Of a DNA stretch of 64,000 bases, positions 35,870 through 48,976 are shown piece by piece (the stretch's first letter is position 1; each line of letters begins with the position of its first letter). Position numbers and translations under genes: made by a program. The notes below the pieces were generated by a model, which was not told where the DNA came from, did no database searches, and was given only the letters and a program-made list of their open reading frames with translations. This DNA is from Neoechinorhynchus agilis (Eukaryota; Animalia; Acanthocephala): positions 5,579,489 to 5,643,488 of the forward strand of contig CM121342.1 in NCBI GenBank assembly GCA_051530055.1, in the 5' to 3' direction.

Positions 35870-38800
35870 GTACAAATCCATGTGGATCCTGAGACACCTC
35901 TTCTCTCGTCAACGTCCTCTCTCGGGTGGACGTTTAAAAACGTACCATTAGTTTGTCATCAACGATACGATCAACGTCGTCACACATCGTCGAATATTTT
36001 CTTTGTCACACGATCTAACGTCGCTAACAATTGCAAACAATGCCGAGGCCAAAGCGCCCAACCACCAAGCTCGTTCCCTGCGACATGGACGATTGCCCGG
36101 TTACAACTCAAATATTCGTCTCAACTACTTGGGCAACAGGCAGGAAATTTATTTGCGGTTTCTGTGCTGCCGCCTTGCTCAAACCGTGTTCTCCGGTTTC
36201 CCCCCTTTCCACTCCCAAATCCCTAAATCGTAACCCCTTCCATCTTCAGTTTCCACAACCCAAACCTCTTCTCCCTCGCTTCACTCTCTAAATCCTTTCC
36301 ACCCACCCTTTGCTGTCGGAGCCCACTCTAATTCCACTTTTCTTCAACAATCTTCTCCCCTCCTTAATTCCGTTCCTATCATCTCTCATACCCCTTTTCC
36401 CTGCAAGTCTCACTCTGCTCCACCATTAAAACCGAACCCCCCTTCCTCCTCGACCTCATCTAAATCCTCCACCTCCTCTCTAGCACCCGGTACTGCTAAA
36501 TTGTAGATTGACTGAAGAAGGCCAACGAAAAGGCCAAAAAAAATTTTAATATAAATCTTTTTTTTGAATAGAACATCGCTAATTGAAACTATAATGAATA
36601 CTCTCGTTCGGTCAACGAGGTAAAGGCTAAAAAAGTTGTTGCCATGGAAACAAATTTGGGAGAAATTATAAAACGTTAAGAAGAATGTCCGGATTTTAAG
36701 CAGAAACGCGCCTACACTCAGACGAATCATGATGAGAACTTTACACCATGAAACGCCGGAATTTCACTTTTTCATGATTCTTGCGCACTTGATCGCTGTG
36801 GAACAGTAGCGCCTTTAAACAAAATCTTTTGAAATCTCTCTCTATTTCCTAATTGTCTACAGTGTCCACCCACGAATCCATTACCCCCGAACTACCTCAT
36901 CGGTCAACTCCCATCCCTTCCCTCTCTACGGAGCTTCAAACCTCTCCGTCAGTGTCCACCCCTCATGTCCCTTCTAAACATCCCTTTCCAATAATCTTTT
37001 ATTCTAACATCCGCAGCCTCCTCCCCTCTTGCAACGCCGACATCCTTGTAATTACGGAAATATGGCTATCACCCCACAGCAAATTATCTGCCTTCCTTCC
37101 AAACTTTCAAGCTTTTCACCTCACAGGGGACTTCCGAAACGGGGGAGGCATATCGATCTTCATCCGCGCCTCCCTTACCAGTGCTCTTCGCCCTACCTTT
37201 TCATCTCTGACGATCTTGAATGGCTACACATCCAACTTCATTTCCCACTCCGCAATGGCCAACGTGGGATCTCTTTCGCTGGCCTCTATCGCCCTCCTTC
37301 CTCAAACATAACCTACACACTTCAAAAAATAGACCACCTATTTACTGACCTACTTTCCACTTCCTCATATCACTTCATCATATTTGGCGATTTTAACAAA
37401 CTGCCGATCCCACCCTCGCTCTCTCATATTTCCCAACTCGTTACTTTCCCCACACGCTTCTCCTCCCGCCTTGATAAGATTTTCTCAAACATCAGGCAAT
37501 ACTCGTGCACTACCAAGCTCCCCCCGATCGCCTCGCCTGACCATTGTTCCATCCTTCTCTCCCCCACATCAACTCAAAAACATTCCTTTTCTGACCCCTA
37601 CGTTGTCTGGAATAAACGTGATCATCATATCCAATTCTTTGCTGCACGTGTCAATGCTCTTATCAAGCAAAACCGCTCTACCATCTTTGGCACCGACCCC
37701 TCGATTGCAATGGACTCTGCTAAATCTAATAGAATCTGCGATGAAGGCCTCCTTTCCTCGCAAAACAATACGAATCTCGAACCGCGACCCTCCATGGTTC
37801 TCGCCTTTTCTAAAAGCCCTTCAAATCCAGGTCACCAAAGCTTTCCGATCAGGCAATCCTGCTTACCCCTCCCTCCACTCCACACTGACAAAACGCATCC
37901 GTATAGCCCGCAAATTATTTTTCTCATCTCGTCTCTCGTCCGTTCCCAATCGAAACTGGTGGCGTGAAATAAAAAATGTCACTGGTCTTGGTAGATCCAC
38001 CCCCTTCGCATCTCTCCCCAAATCTGATCTCCTCTCAACATTAAACTCCACTAATAAAAACCTCTGTCCTCCGAAACCTCCCACCCATTGTCCCAACCTC
38101 CGTTCTCACTTGTTGACCCGCAGATTCATACATGCCCTTCCTTGGTTTCCCCTCTCGAAATCCTAGAGATCCTTAAACGCCTACCCCGCCATTCTTCCCC
38201 TAATTCAACTATCCCAAATTGGGCCATTCGTTTCATCATCCCGGAACTTATCGATCCTCTAACGCACATAACGAACCTTAGCTTTGTACTGGGATCTTTC
38301 CCATCGTGTCTTAAGGAAGCCCGTGTTGTCCCTCTACCCAAAAACGATAAGCCGATTTCCCCCCCTACATCCTCTCGTCTCATCTCTATCCTCTCACCTT
38401 TCTCTAAAATCTTAGAAAAAAATTTTAAAACCCGCCTACTTCACTTCCTCAAAAACATCTCCCCTTCAAAATTCGCTTTCCGTCCCAATTACTCTTGTTC
38501 TGATGCCCTCCTCTGCATCTACGATACGCTTGTGCACAGCTTAGATTCCAATCCAGCATCAACCGTCCGTCTCGTGCAACTGGATATTTCCAGGGCGTTC
38601 GAGTCGGTAGATCACTCCCTTCTCCATTCATATGCTTCCTTTGGTCTCCCAACTTGGCACCTCGCTTGGATTTCCTCTTTCCTCTCCAACCGCGAACAAT
38701 ATATCCAATGTAGAACTTCTTGTTCCTCCTCTCTGCCCATATTTAAAGGGGTCCCAAAGGCGCCGTGCTTTCCCCTCTCCTCTTTGACATTTTTCTAAAT

Positions 38801-39680
38801 GACCTCCATCCCCTCCCTCCCTCTACCAAATATTTTCTTTATGCAGATGACCTCACAGTCATTACCATCGCATCCCCCTCTCTCTCCACAACCATGGACG
38901 AGCTTATCTAGCTCACTTCTTCGCTCTCCACCATCCAAATCTTTTGAGCTAGTCCCCCACATTTCCAAACGCAACCTTATCCCCGCGCTTCTCCCTCTCC
39001 CCATCCAACGCTCCTCTTCTCTCCGAATACTGGGCCTGACTTTCCACGAAAACCTTAAATGGGATGTCCACATTTCATTTACACTCTCTAAAGCAAACCT
39101 TCGTATTTAGCTTCTCAAACTCCCCCGGCGTCTCGGCGTATCCCCTAAACACCTTGCCCACTTTTATCTTTCAGCCATCCTTTCTATCCTTACATACGCT
39201 TTCCCCACTTTCCTCGCCCTCTCCGTCAATGCTCCCCTTCCCTCGAGACCTTCCACAAGAGAGCAGCTAGAATTTGCGGAACTTCACTCCCTCCCCTCGA
39301 CGCCCACCTCCACTCCATTTCTCCAAAAACGCCCTCCGTCTTGTTCAACCCCCTCCACAATTTTCTTCCTTCATCTCTAAATACTCTTCGTTCGTAAACA
39401 CCCGTAACCCAGACCTTTTTTCATCCCCCCCCTCGCTCGTGCCACCCTCTACCAAGAATCTTTCCTCCCTCAAGCCCAATATTTCCTTAATAACCGGAGA
39501 ACAAAGAAAGACTCCTAATCGGTCATATCCTTTACAAAGCCTCCGATCCCACATTAAAACTCCTTCAAAAACAAGTCCCACCTCCCTTGCCTTAAACATC
39601 CGTCATCCAGACACCCTTAAGCAAAGATAGATGCTGGCAAGTGTGTGGATCGTGCATTTTTTCTACATAAATAAACGTGT
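35870..39680 (+). mobile_element. Decayed near-full-length APE-RT LINE (L2/CR1 group), multiply frameshifted
   Basis: ORF1-like Cys motif CDMDDC...FICGFC; APE motifs YSNIRSL, ITEIWL, GGGISIFIR, YRPPS, GDFNKL, LDKIFSN, PDHC; RT motifs LISILSPFSKILEK, AFRPNYSC, LDISRAFESVDH, GVP; strongly pyrimidine-rich sense strand; 3' aataaacgtgtt. Confidence 0.9.
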
Positions 39681-40208
39681 TTATATACGGTACGCTTCCA
39701 TGGCCAATTTTAAGTTTGCCTAAGAAATCAGCCGTTTAAAGGATAATTAGTTCAAAAATGGGCCTATTTTAATGTTTTGCTAGCTCGTTGCCGACGGAGG
39801 GGAGCATCTCTTCTACAACTGATAATTTTTCTCTGGCACACAAAATCAATCACTTCCCGGACCCTGCTCCCAAGGAAAATTATCAGCCGTGGAAGGGATG
39901 TTCACAGCGTATCAAATATATCCACCAAAAAATGCGCCCGATTAGTTGGAACGCTAAATCGGCTAGCTAAATAGGAGAAATTTCTCATTTGAAGGTTTCA
40001 TGCACATCGTTCATTGAAAATTGCTTTCGGGAATCTCTCAAACACACTTTTCCTTCGCCTGAACACAAGTAGATATTTTTTACATCTGAAACCCCCAACG
40101 GGTCTTGGATTCGGCCCTTTGGGTTTTAGTGAGCCCATTAAGGAAATAAATCACAATTATTTGCCGTCATCACAACAACCGGCGATTCTATCACTACATG
40201 GCATTTAA

Positions 40209-42899
40209 TTAGGGGAGTTCTAGTTGTTTTACGGCTCGCAGTAGCCTAGAAGCTTTAGACGTTCTTTTGATTTTGAACGAATCACGTTCATTATTGTCAT
40301 GGTTGGATTTCCAACTTTGTGTTTGCACTTTTCGTTTTCTTTTCGTTTGGATCGCGTCTTGCGGACAACCTTGGAAGCTGTTAGCATTTAATTCCTGGAT
40401 TTCTAGTTGTTTCACGGCACGCAGTAGTCTCGAAGCTTCAGACATTATTTTCCCCTTAAACAAATAACGTTCATTATTGTCATGGTTGGATTTCCAACTT
40501 TGCGTTTGCACTCTTTGCTTTCCTTTCGTTTGGATCGCGTCTTGCGGACAATTTTCAAAAATGTTAGTGTTTAATTGCTGGATTTCTAGTTGTTTTACGG
40601 TACGCAGTAGCCTAGAAGCCTTAGACGTTCCTTTGCCTTTGAACGATAAACGTTCATGATTATCTTGGTTGGATGTCCAACTTTGCTTTTGCACTCTTTG
40701 CTTTCCTTCCTCGTGGATCGCGTTTTGCGGACAACTTTGGACGATGTTAGCATTTGATTTCTGGATTTCTAGTTGTTTTACGGCTCGCAGTAGCCTCGAA
40801 GCTTTAGATGTTCTTTTGCCTTTGAACGAATCGCGTTCATGATTATCTTGGTTGGATGTCCAAATTTGCTTTTGCACTCTTTGCTTTCCTTTCGTTTGGA
40901 TCGCGTCTTGCGGACAACTTTGGAAGATGTTAGCATTTAATTCCTGGATTTCTAGTGGTTTTACGGCACGCACTAGTCTCCAAGCTTCAGACATTATTTT
41001 CCCCTTAAACAAATAACGGTCATTATTGTCATGGTTGGATTTCCAACTTTGTGTTTGCACTCTTTGCTTTCCTTTCGTTTGGATCGCGTCTTGCGGGCAA
41101 CTTTGGAAGATGTTAGCATTTAATTCCTGGATTTCTAGTTGTTTTACGGCACGCACTAGTCTCCAAGCTTCAGACATTATTTTCCCCTTAAACAAATAAC
41201 GGTCATTATTGTCATGGTTGGATTTCCAACTTTGTGTTTGCACTCTTTGCGTTCCTTTCGTTTGGATCGCGTCTTGCGGACAACTTTGGAAGATGCTAGC
41301 ATTTAATTCCTTGATTTCTCGTTGTTTTACGGCTCGCAATAGCCTAGAAGCTTCAGACATTATTTTCCCCTTAAACAAATAACGGTCATTATTGTCATGG
41401 TTGGATTTCCAACTTTGTGTTTGCACTCTTTGCGTTCCTTTCGTTTGGATCGCGTCTTGCGGACAACTTTGGAAGATGCTAGCATTTAATTCCTTGATTT
41501 CTCGTTGTTTTACGGCTCGCAATAGCCTAGAAGCTTTAGACGTTCTTTTGCCTTTGAACGAATCGCGTTCATGATTATCTTGGTTGGATGTCCGAATTTG
41601 CTTTTGCACTCTTTGCTTTCCTTTCGTTTGGATTGCGTCTTGCGGACAACTGTGTAAAATGCCGGTGGTCGATTCCTGGATTTTTAGTTGTTTTACGGCA
41701 CGCACTAGTCTCCAAGCTTCAGACATTATTTTCCCCTTAAACAAATAACGGTCATTATTGTCATGGTTGGATTTCCAACTTTGTGTTTGCACTCTTTGCG
41801 TTCCTTTCGTTTGGATCGCGTCTTGCGGACAACTTTGGAAGATGCTAGCATTTAATTCCTTGATTTCTCGTTGTTTTACGGCTCGCAATAGCCTAGAAGC
41901 TTTAGACGTTCTTTTGCCTTTGAACGAATCGCGTTCATGATTATCTTGGTTGGATGTCCGAATTTGCATTTGCACTCTTTGTTTTCCTTCCTCGTGGATC
42001 GCGTATTGCGGACAACTTTGGACGATGTTGGCATTTAATTCCTTGATTTCTCGTTGTTTTACGGCTCGCAATAGCCTAGAAGCTTTAGACGTTCTTTTGC
42101 CTTTGAACGAATCGCGTTCATGATTATCTTGGTTGGATGTCCGAATTTGCTTTTGCACTCTTTGCTTTCCTTTCGTTTGGATTGCGTCTTGCGGACAACT
42201 GTGTAAAATGCCGGTGGTCGATTCCTGGATTTTTAGTTGTTTTACGGCACGCAATAGTTTCGAAGCTTTAGACGTTCTTTTGCTTTTGAACGAATCACAT
42301 TCATGATTATCTTGGTTGGATGTCCAACTTTGCTTTTGCGCTTCTCGTTTTCCTTCCTCGTGGATCGCGTCTTGCCCACAATTTTCGAAAAATTTAGCAT
42401 TTGTTTCTGTGGTTCTGGGTGCCTTTTTGCTGACTAGTAAATCTTCTTTGCTTTGATTTCCTTCTATGCTGCGAATTCGAGATTCGATTATCTTCGTGGT
42501 CTCTTGTTGGTTTCCGTATTTCATCGAATCGAAGGGACTTTCTAAATTAGAATGTTTGGACGCAATACCCATCAGAGACAATACAAGCTTTAAAGGTTTT
42601 GAAATTCGCTTATCAACGCTCGACTCTTCTCGTTTTGAACGTGAGCTGTCATTGTTAAAGGACGAAAGGCGAAGTTTTTCCTTTTTTATCTGATAATTGA
42701 CCAAAGCAACAAATGTGTCCGAGACTTTCCTTTGTTTCTCCAAATTCTTCATAAACTCTTCGTCGGGAGTCCAACCAAGTGGTTTAAGCTCATGCTTTTC
42801 GATTTTTTGTAGCCCTGCATTGTCACTTATGAGGTGCAAAGATTTTTCGAAAATCTCTTCGCAGCCTTTCGTACTATCTTCAGGATTATTTAGTGTCAT
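40209..42899 (-). CDS. 896-aa uncharacterised basic/polar protein with ~12 tandem 61-aa repeats
   Basis: ATG-initiated ORF; ~170-aa unique N-terminus continuous with 183-bp repeats (SCPQDAIQTKGKQRVQ...ASRLLRAVKQ.EI.ELNA); no frameshift across ~2.2 kb of diverged repeats. Confidence 0.65.
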   Translation of the reverse strand: MTLNNPEDSTKGCEEIFEKSLHLISDNAGLQKIEKHELKPLGWTPDEEFMKNLEKQRKVSDTFVALVNYQIKKEKLRLSSFNNDSSRSKREESSVDKRISKPLKLVLSLMGIASKHSNLESPFDSMKYGNQQETTKIIESRIRSIEGNQSKEDLLVSKKAPRTTETNAKFFENCGQDAIHEEGKREAQKQSWTSNQDNHECDSFKSKRTSKASKLLRAVKQLKIQESTTGILHSCPQDAIQTKGKQRVQKQIRTSNQDNHERDSFKGKRTSKASRLLRAVKQREIKELNANIVQSCPQYAIHEEGKQRVQMQIRTSNQDNHERDSFKGKRTSKASRLLRAVKQREIKELNASIFQSCPQDAIQTKGTQRVQTQSWKSNHDNNDRYLFKGKIMSEAWRLVRAVKQLKIQESTTGILHSCPQDAIQTKGKQRVQKQIRTSNQDNHERDSFKGKRTSKASRLLRAVKQREIKELNASIFQSCPQDAIQTKGTQRVQTQSWKSNHDNNDRYLFKGKIMSEASRLLRAVKQREIKELNASIFQSCPQDAIQTKGTQRVQTQSWKSNHDNNDRYLFKGKIMSEAWRLVRAVKQLEIQELNANIFQSCPQDAIQTKGKQRVQTQSWKSNHDNNDRYLFKGKIMSEAWRLVRAVKPLEIQELNANIFQSCPQDAIQTKGKQRVQKQIWTSNQDNHERDSFKGKRTSKASRLLRAVKQLEIQKSNANIVQSCPQNAIHEEGKQRVQKQSWTSNQDNHERLSFKGKGTSKASRLLRTVKQLEIQQLNTNIFENCPQDAIQTKGKQRVQTQSWKSNHDNNERYLFKGKIMSEASRLLRAVKQLEIQELNANSFQGCPQDAIQTKRKRKVQTQSWKSNHDNNERDSFKIKRTSKASRLLRAVKQLELP

Positions 42900-43615
42900 A
42901 TAGTTAGTTATTTTCGTGATATTCTTGTAAATCGAAGAGAATTAACAATTTTTAGGAAAATACTTTACAAAAATGATCTAACCTTTTTATCAGTTTTTGT
43001 GTGTCGTTAATCAGAGTTAAAGATCTATATTTCTTAATTGGGATTCGTGCAATAAGGTGAAGATTTCTTTATCTTAGTGAATAACACGTTCTTGATAAGG
43101 TTCGTTTTTGTATATTTATTTGCTAGTTTTATTGAAAAACACGTAACGTTATTGGGAAACACAATTGATGGTATTTATATGAAGTGGAAGTCAGCCGTTC
43201 TTGTCTCATTGATTTCCAGCAAAATTTCATCAAAGAGCGGGTTCAATGTAATTTCATTTCGTATACGATTTATTTTCGAAAAATAGAAAGTGTTTTTCAA
43301 TAATCGATGAACGACCTCGTTAGCACAGTAAACGCCAAACGCTCAATCTCATGAAACCTATGATTTTTTCCACGCATTCTATTTCACTAGTTTAATTAAG
43401 AAAGTCTGAAACAAAGCGTGTTGTCGTTTTTCAAAATCTCTATTCGTTACTTTAAATTAAATGATGATTTAATTTCTCTACGTCATATAAAACAACCAAT
43501 ATGAACAGTTCAATCTTCGAAATCTTTATTATCGGCAAACATACTGAAGAAAAAGTACGTTCTACACATACTGGTTGCAATGATCGTTCCACGTTACCTT
43601 AAGAATGGTTCAATA

Positions 43616-45965
43616 TTAACATCCGTCCAACCCAACGATCATGTCCACTCGAAAAATGGCTCGAACTGGTCTATGGTCGCTGAATTTGATTTTTTCAACG
43701 CTTCCATATTCACAAGCTAACACACATCCTGGTCGTGTGCTGTCGCTTACTTCGTCGGAAAAGTAAAACAACCCAGGCGAATTGATTCCGACCAGAATTC
43801 TATCGGTCCACGCTGGTCTTCGTCTCAGCGACACCACATCGTTAGCCTCGGACTTTTCCTCCAAATATTGGTACTTATCGGTATCTTTAACAAATTTATA
43901 AGTCGGCTTAAACTTGATCGGAGGTTCATAATATCCTACGAACACATTACCTTTTTTATGTTCAATGGAAAGTTGATCGAACATTCTTAGTTTTGAGTAT
44001 TCCTCTCTTAGAAGCATATTAGAAACAGCTAGAAGATCTGCATTAGCATCAGTTAGCATTGCAATTGACGACATGCGACTATCCTCAGTAATTGGACTGT
44101 TTAGACGATAGTTAAGATCTCCCATAAAAAAAACTAAATCATTTTCTGCAATTTTGCGAGGAATTTGTGGTGGATCACTAACTCCTTTTTCTGTGTAAGT
44201 CATCAGCAAATTGTTTTGGATTGTCTTGAAGTCCTCGTTCCGTCGCAGAACTTCACTATCATGGGCTTGAAAATGAGCACCAACGAAACAGAGAGTGGTT
44301 TCATAGAGCTGAAAACTAATAGCTGCTGCTCCTTTGTTACCAAAGAAATTCATAACTCCGGTTGCGATAGTTCCTTGGACTACATTGCTCACGTGTTTTA
44401 TATGGTCATCCCTGACATAAACAAGTAGCGCAATACCAACGAGTTTAGTGAGTCTGAGCCTTGTAAAGTATCGAAAGGAAGATGTTGTACGATCAAGACT
44501 CTCAAGCGCAATCCGGTCAGCGAATTCATCTCTAAGTTGTTGCATAAATTGCGATTTATCGACTATACGATCATTTGGTGACCTTGGCAAAGTTGAACGA
44601 TAAATTGATTTGACATACGCAAATTTCGGATACAACACAGATTTAAAGAGTCGTCGAAGCCTCCCTTTCAGCATTCCTCTCCTCATGAAAAAGTACGAAA
44701 AAGATTTGGATTGTGAAGGAAAATGGCTTTCTAGGATGGGTCAGGAAAATAGCTACAAGCAGTCGGATTGAGACACACTGCTCATGATCACGAATGGTAG
44801 AGAGCTCGTCGAAGGAGTCCGGAGCTTGGATGAGCGCTGTTACGGTCATTACAATGGATCGTCTCTCCCCAAATGTGGTCCACAAAAATGCCCATGGAGT
44901 TCTAATATTAATGAGTTGGGGCGACATTGCCTGCTCCGCAAACGCCACTCTGAGCTCAATGTTATCATTAGAAGAGCTCCATCCACGTTTCTAATATCAC
45001 CGATCCTGGGCATCTATTTAACTCTGATGGCAAACGACTGGACAGGATTACAATTTTCAGGTGGTGGCAGGGAAAATGCTGTTGGTGATGGGCAAAGTCT
45101 TCGATGAAAATAAGAAAGCGGCAAATGAGTTAGATTTGTATCGTCGAATGAGTAAAGCTCTTCGAATCAAATACAAAAAGAGAATAACACAAAACCCCTT
45201 TAATTCGCTTGATGGATGAAGCGTTTTGAGAGTCAAGACCGAAAGAGGCGAATTGCTATTGATAGCCGAACGAATGAGACTATCATATCGACAGATCCTT
45301 CTATCATCATTAATGACATAAGAACTCGATATAGTAGCTTCCACTTCCTGAAGAGCGATGGCGAACACATCGACATCACTCACACTACTTATCTGATCGC
45401 TTTTGAACCATTCATACAAGGGATTGTTGACGGGTTTTAGTTCGTTTGAAGTACCGAGCGTGAACCACTCACCTTCGTTCAGATCGATTTCTGGAGCCAT
45501 GTAACTGTTGACATTGAACGTGCCACAAAAAATGTTCAATGGTTTTCGTTGGCAGCACTCTGGTTTCCGCCGAAGTGCATTGTTAGCCGAGCTTGAACAG
45601 ACGAATTTATTTGGCACACAGCCGTCGTCCATCGATTCGCCAAAGAACCACGGCATCCAGGACGATGGATATAACCAACTCGTTTTGTTATCTAAACCTC
45701 CAAAGGAAGATGAATCCTTCGTCGTGTCATCGTCTTTACTCATCTGCAAGCAGCAGCATTTGTCGACCGTTTCACTGTTATGGAGGAGGAGGAGGTGGTG
45801 GTGAATGGAGCGCAACAAACAAAACTCTCGTCCAGTTGAGTGAATAACTCGTAGAGATCGTCTCATATTCGCCCATGAGAAAGAAACGATTGATTGCGGT
45901 GTCTTTTGAAATGAATTAAGTTCAATCGGGATTCTTCGTGGAAGCAGTGAGCATGGATGAACCAT
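43616..45965 (-). CDS. Inositol polyphosphate 5-phosphatase paralog 1 (catalytic domain only)
   Basis: IFCGTFNVN, FAIALQEV, GNKGAAAISF, FVGAHF, FMGDLNYRL, PTYKF, PAWTDRIL, SDHRPVRA. Confidence 0.9.
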
Positions 45966-46491
45966 CCAGTGGTGAATCGTGTCTAAAAAATGTTCAATAT
46001 GTTCATTAGAATCAAATCTCGGTTTCTCTTTTTCTCACCAAAAAAATTTAACCGCAAATTTCCTTCAGAAAAATCGATTCCTTAATAAACAGCGGTCAAA
46101 TCGAAAGGGGAAAATCTAGTTCAAGGATTTGAAAGGTTACACGATGATTATCCGAAAATGCGATTGTTCTCAAATGTTATTCGTTAAATCAGTCATTATA
46201 AATTCAAATCTCGGGTGGTGTCGAGACAAGTACGAGTTTTCAGGAATATTTAGAACCGACAAAAAATAGATTTTTGAAGGGTTTTTTCCAACGGAGCATC
46301 GAAAAGTGCTCTAAGAGCTCAATGAGTTTCTTATCGTCATCAGGAAACTTAAATAATTTAAAGACCGTGGGCAAAACCGCGGATTATATCGTAAGTATTT
46401 TTTATAAATTTCAAAGAGCGAAGACTGTTCAACAAAAGCGCTAAGAGCGAATAATTCATCGAACCTAATTTTGTTGGGGAATTATTTTAGT

Positions 46492-47089
46492 GGAAATCCC
46501 TTCATGATCTTTAAAACGAATCTGGAACATTGATCGTTTATTTCCGATAAATGTAATATTAAAATGGATACACAAAAAATTGGCTCTCCGATTACGATAA
46601 GCCGGACCAATCTATCGATAGCGGCCAATCTCGAATTTGTCGAAACTTCAACTGGTCATGAATTCATTTTGATATTGCATTTATCGAACCTTAAAATAAA
46701 TTATCAACGTTCCAGATTCGGTTGAAGATTGCATTCGAGTGGTCTACGCGAAACCGAAATTCATCAAATAAAAATAAATCAATTATTTGATATCATATAG
46801 AATTGTCGTCGGGTTGAATTTGATTCGAGTTTTGCGTGAAGAGGTAAGCAAAAGGCTTACGAAATATTTTGAATAAATAACCGAACCATCGCCAAACTCG
46901 AATTATTTGATAATTCGCTTCAAAAATTTTACCATACCGTAAACACTTGAAAACAAGTGAATTGACAATGACTCGGATTCGGTCGGTCGAAATATATTGG
47001 TCTTTAACGCGATCTCCCTCGGGTATCGACAAGCGACCTAAACAATAACATGTTCCAGATTCGTTTTTTAAGATCATGAAGGGGTTTCC
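46492..47089. mobile_element. ~600-bp segment bounded by ~40-bp inverted repeats
   Basis: ggaaatcccttcatgatctttaaaacgaatctggaacat (46492-46530) vs reverse complement of 47050-47089, about 2-3 differences. Confidence 0.5.
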
Positions 47090-47451
47090 GCTATCTGTAG
47101 AATTTATGCATATATCTAAAAACAAGGCAGGCTAATTCAAATAATCCATTTGTAGTTTACCTTTAAATGGATATCTCACAAGATAGTGGTTTTTCTTAAT
47201 TTTAAACGGCATTTTCTCACAACAGCTTGTCGTTATCGATCCGCTGTGCTTTTCCAATTCTTTGCCTTTCATAGGCACCACTGCTAATCGGAATTTTTAA
47301 AAGGAATGACCTATCTCAAAAAAGAATATCTTCGCTTGTGGATTTCCTGAGAGACGATCTCTACAGCACTATCACAACATTTCAACCATCACTATTTTCG
47401 GAGACAAAAATTTTAAACAAAAAGAAGAAGCTATGACAGTTTACTGCTAAA

Positions 47452-48976
47452 TCATAAGCCAACAATCATGTCCACTCGAAAAATGGCTCGAACTGGTCTA
47501 TGGTCGCTGAATTTGATTTTTTCAACGCTTCCATATTCACAAGCTAACACACATCCTGGTCGTGTGCTGTCGCTTACTTCGTCGGAAAAGTAAAACAAAC
47601 CAGGCGAATTGATTCCGACCAGAATTCTATCTGGCCAAGCCGGTCTTCGGCTAACTAATTTTCCATCTGGACTTGATGGTCCATCGTAAAACTGGTACGT
47701 ATCCGTGTTGTGGATGTATTTAAAAGTAGGCTTAAACCTAATTGGCGTCTCATGATATCCAATGAATGTTTTTCCTTTTTGTCTTTCAATCCGAAGTTGG
47801 TCGTACTCAATCAGCTTCAAGTATTGTCGTTCCTTTAGTGCTAAAGACAATTCGTCGAAGTCTGTAATCATCTGATTAACCGATGCGTCAGTATTTTGAG
47901 ATTTCGTTGGACACAGGGAATTTAGCCTATAGTTTAAATCACCCATAAAGAAGACGAAATCGTTTTCATCGATTTTCCTTTGATTCCCTTTCCCGTCGCT
48001 TATCTTGAGCTCCTGATGAACTGCATTGTAATCTTCATTTCGTTCCGAAACGGCAAAATCATGAGCGTGAAAATGAGCTCCGACAAAACAAATCGATGTT
48101 TCGTGTAATTTCAATCCGACAGCAACTGCTCCTTTGTTAAATGGGATATTAGATGGTCCTCGAGGCAGTGAACCTTTAGCGACCTCATTTATATAAATCA
48201 AAATGTCCTCTCTGGCATATACGAGAAGCGCGAGCGATGATAACTTTGAGAAATCAAGTAGGATAAATCTTGACATTGGTGGCACTGTGATAGATTTTGT
48301 TCCTATAAACTGAGAATAAAGAAGCAGAAACCTTGGGACTCAAACATAAGAATGAACCATTGTGCCAAATCTCGAGCAATGGATAACAGCAAATAGGACG
48401 GATAAGGACTCCGATCAAAGCAACCTTTAAATATACCCGGAAATGGTAATGGTTGAAAAACGCATAAGAATCAATTGATTTTCAAAAATAGAGAATCAAT
48501 GAGCCGTAAAAATTCACTGTCATTCTATTTTTATACAATGTACAAATATTCCATTTAGATTGAAACCTGTCGAGCAGCGATGTGCGATGGCAGACGCCTA
48601 AGAATATTTTGGCTAAAAAGCGGTTCAAAAGAGGTGCTAAACCGAATTATTTGGAACAAATTCTAGGATTAATGTTGTTGATAGCGTCTAGAATTAGATT
48701 ATTGTACCAAGCGATCCGTTCATTCTCTTTCAATACTTGAGAGTCTGGTTCACTGGTTTCCAATTCTTGTAAAGCAATAGCGAACAAGGCCACATCTTTG
48801 GTATGGTTACCACTGAACCAATCAATCAGATGATTTTTCGTCGCCTGTGTTCTATCAGAAGGGAAATAACAGTTTACATTAAAAGTTCCGCAGAATATAG
48901 TGACTTGTGTTCGTTTGGACGAGTCATTTTGTTTGTGTGATTCAGTATTTTTGACTTGAACTCCCGCTGATGCCAT
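47452..48976 (-). CDS. Inositol polyphosphate 5-phosphatase paralog 2
   Basis: IFCGTFNVN, FAIALQEL, FNKGAVAVGL, FVGAHF, FMGDLNYRL, PTFKY, PAWPDRIL, SDHRPVRA. Confidence 0.9.

Noticed and set aside
36638-36651. RFX X-box match GTTGCCATGGAAAC
   Set aside because: Lies inside a TE-derived island with no ciliary gene start nearby; may be a by-product of decayed coding sequence (VAMET).
44700-45110. Plus-strand ORFs within the 5-phosphatase paralog 1 intron, with faint retroelement-like words
   Set aside because: No diagnostic motif; cannot support a call.
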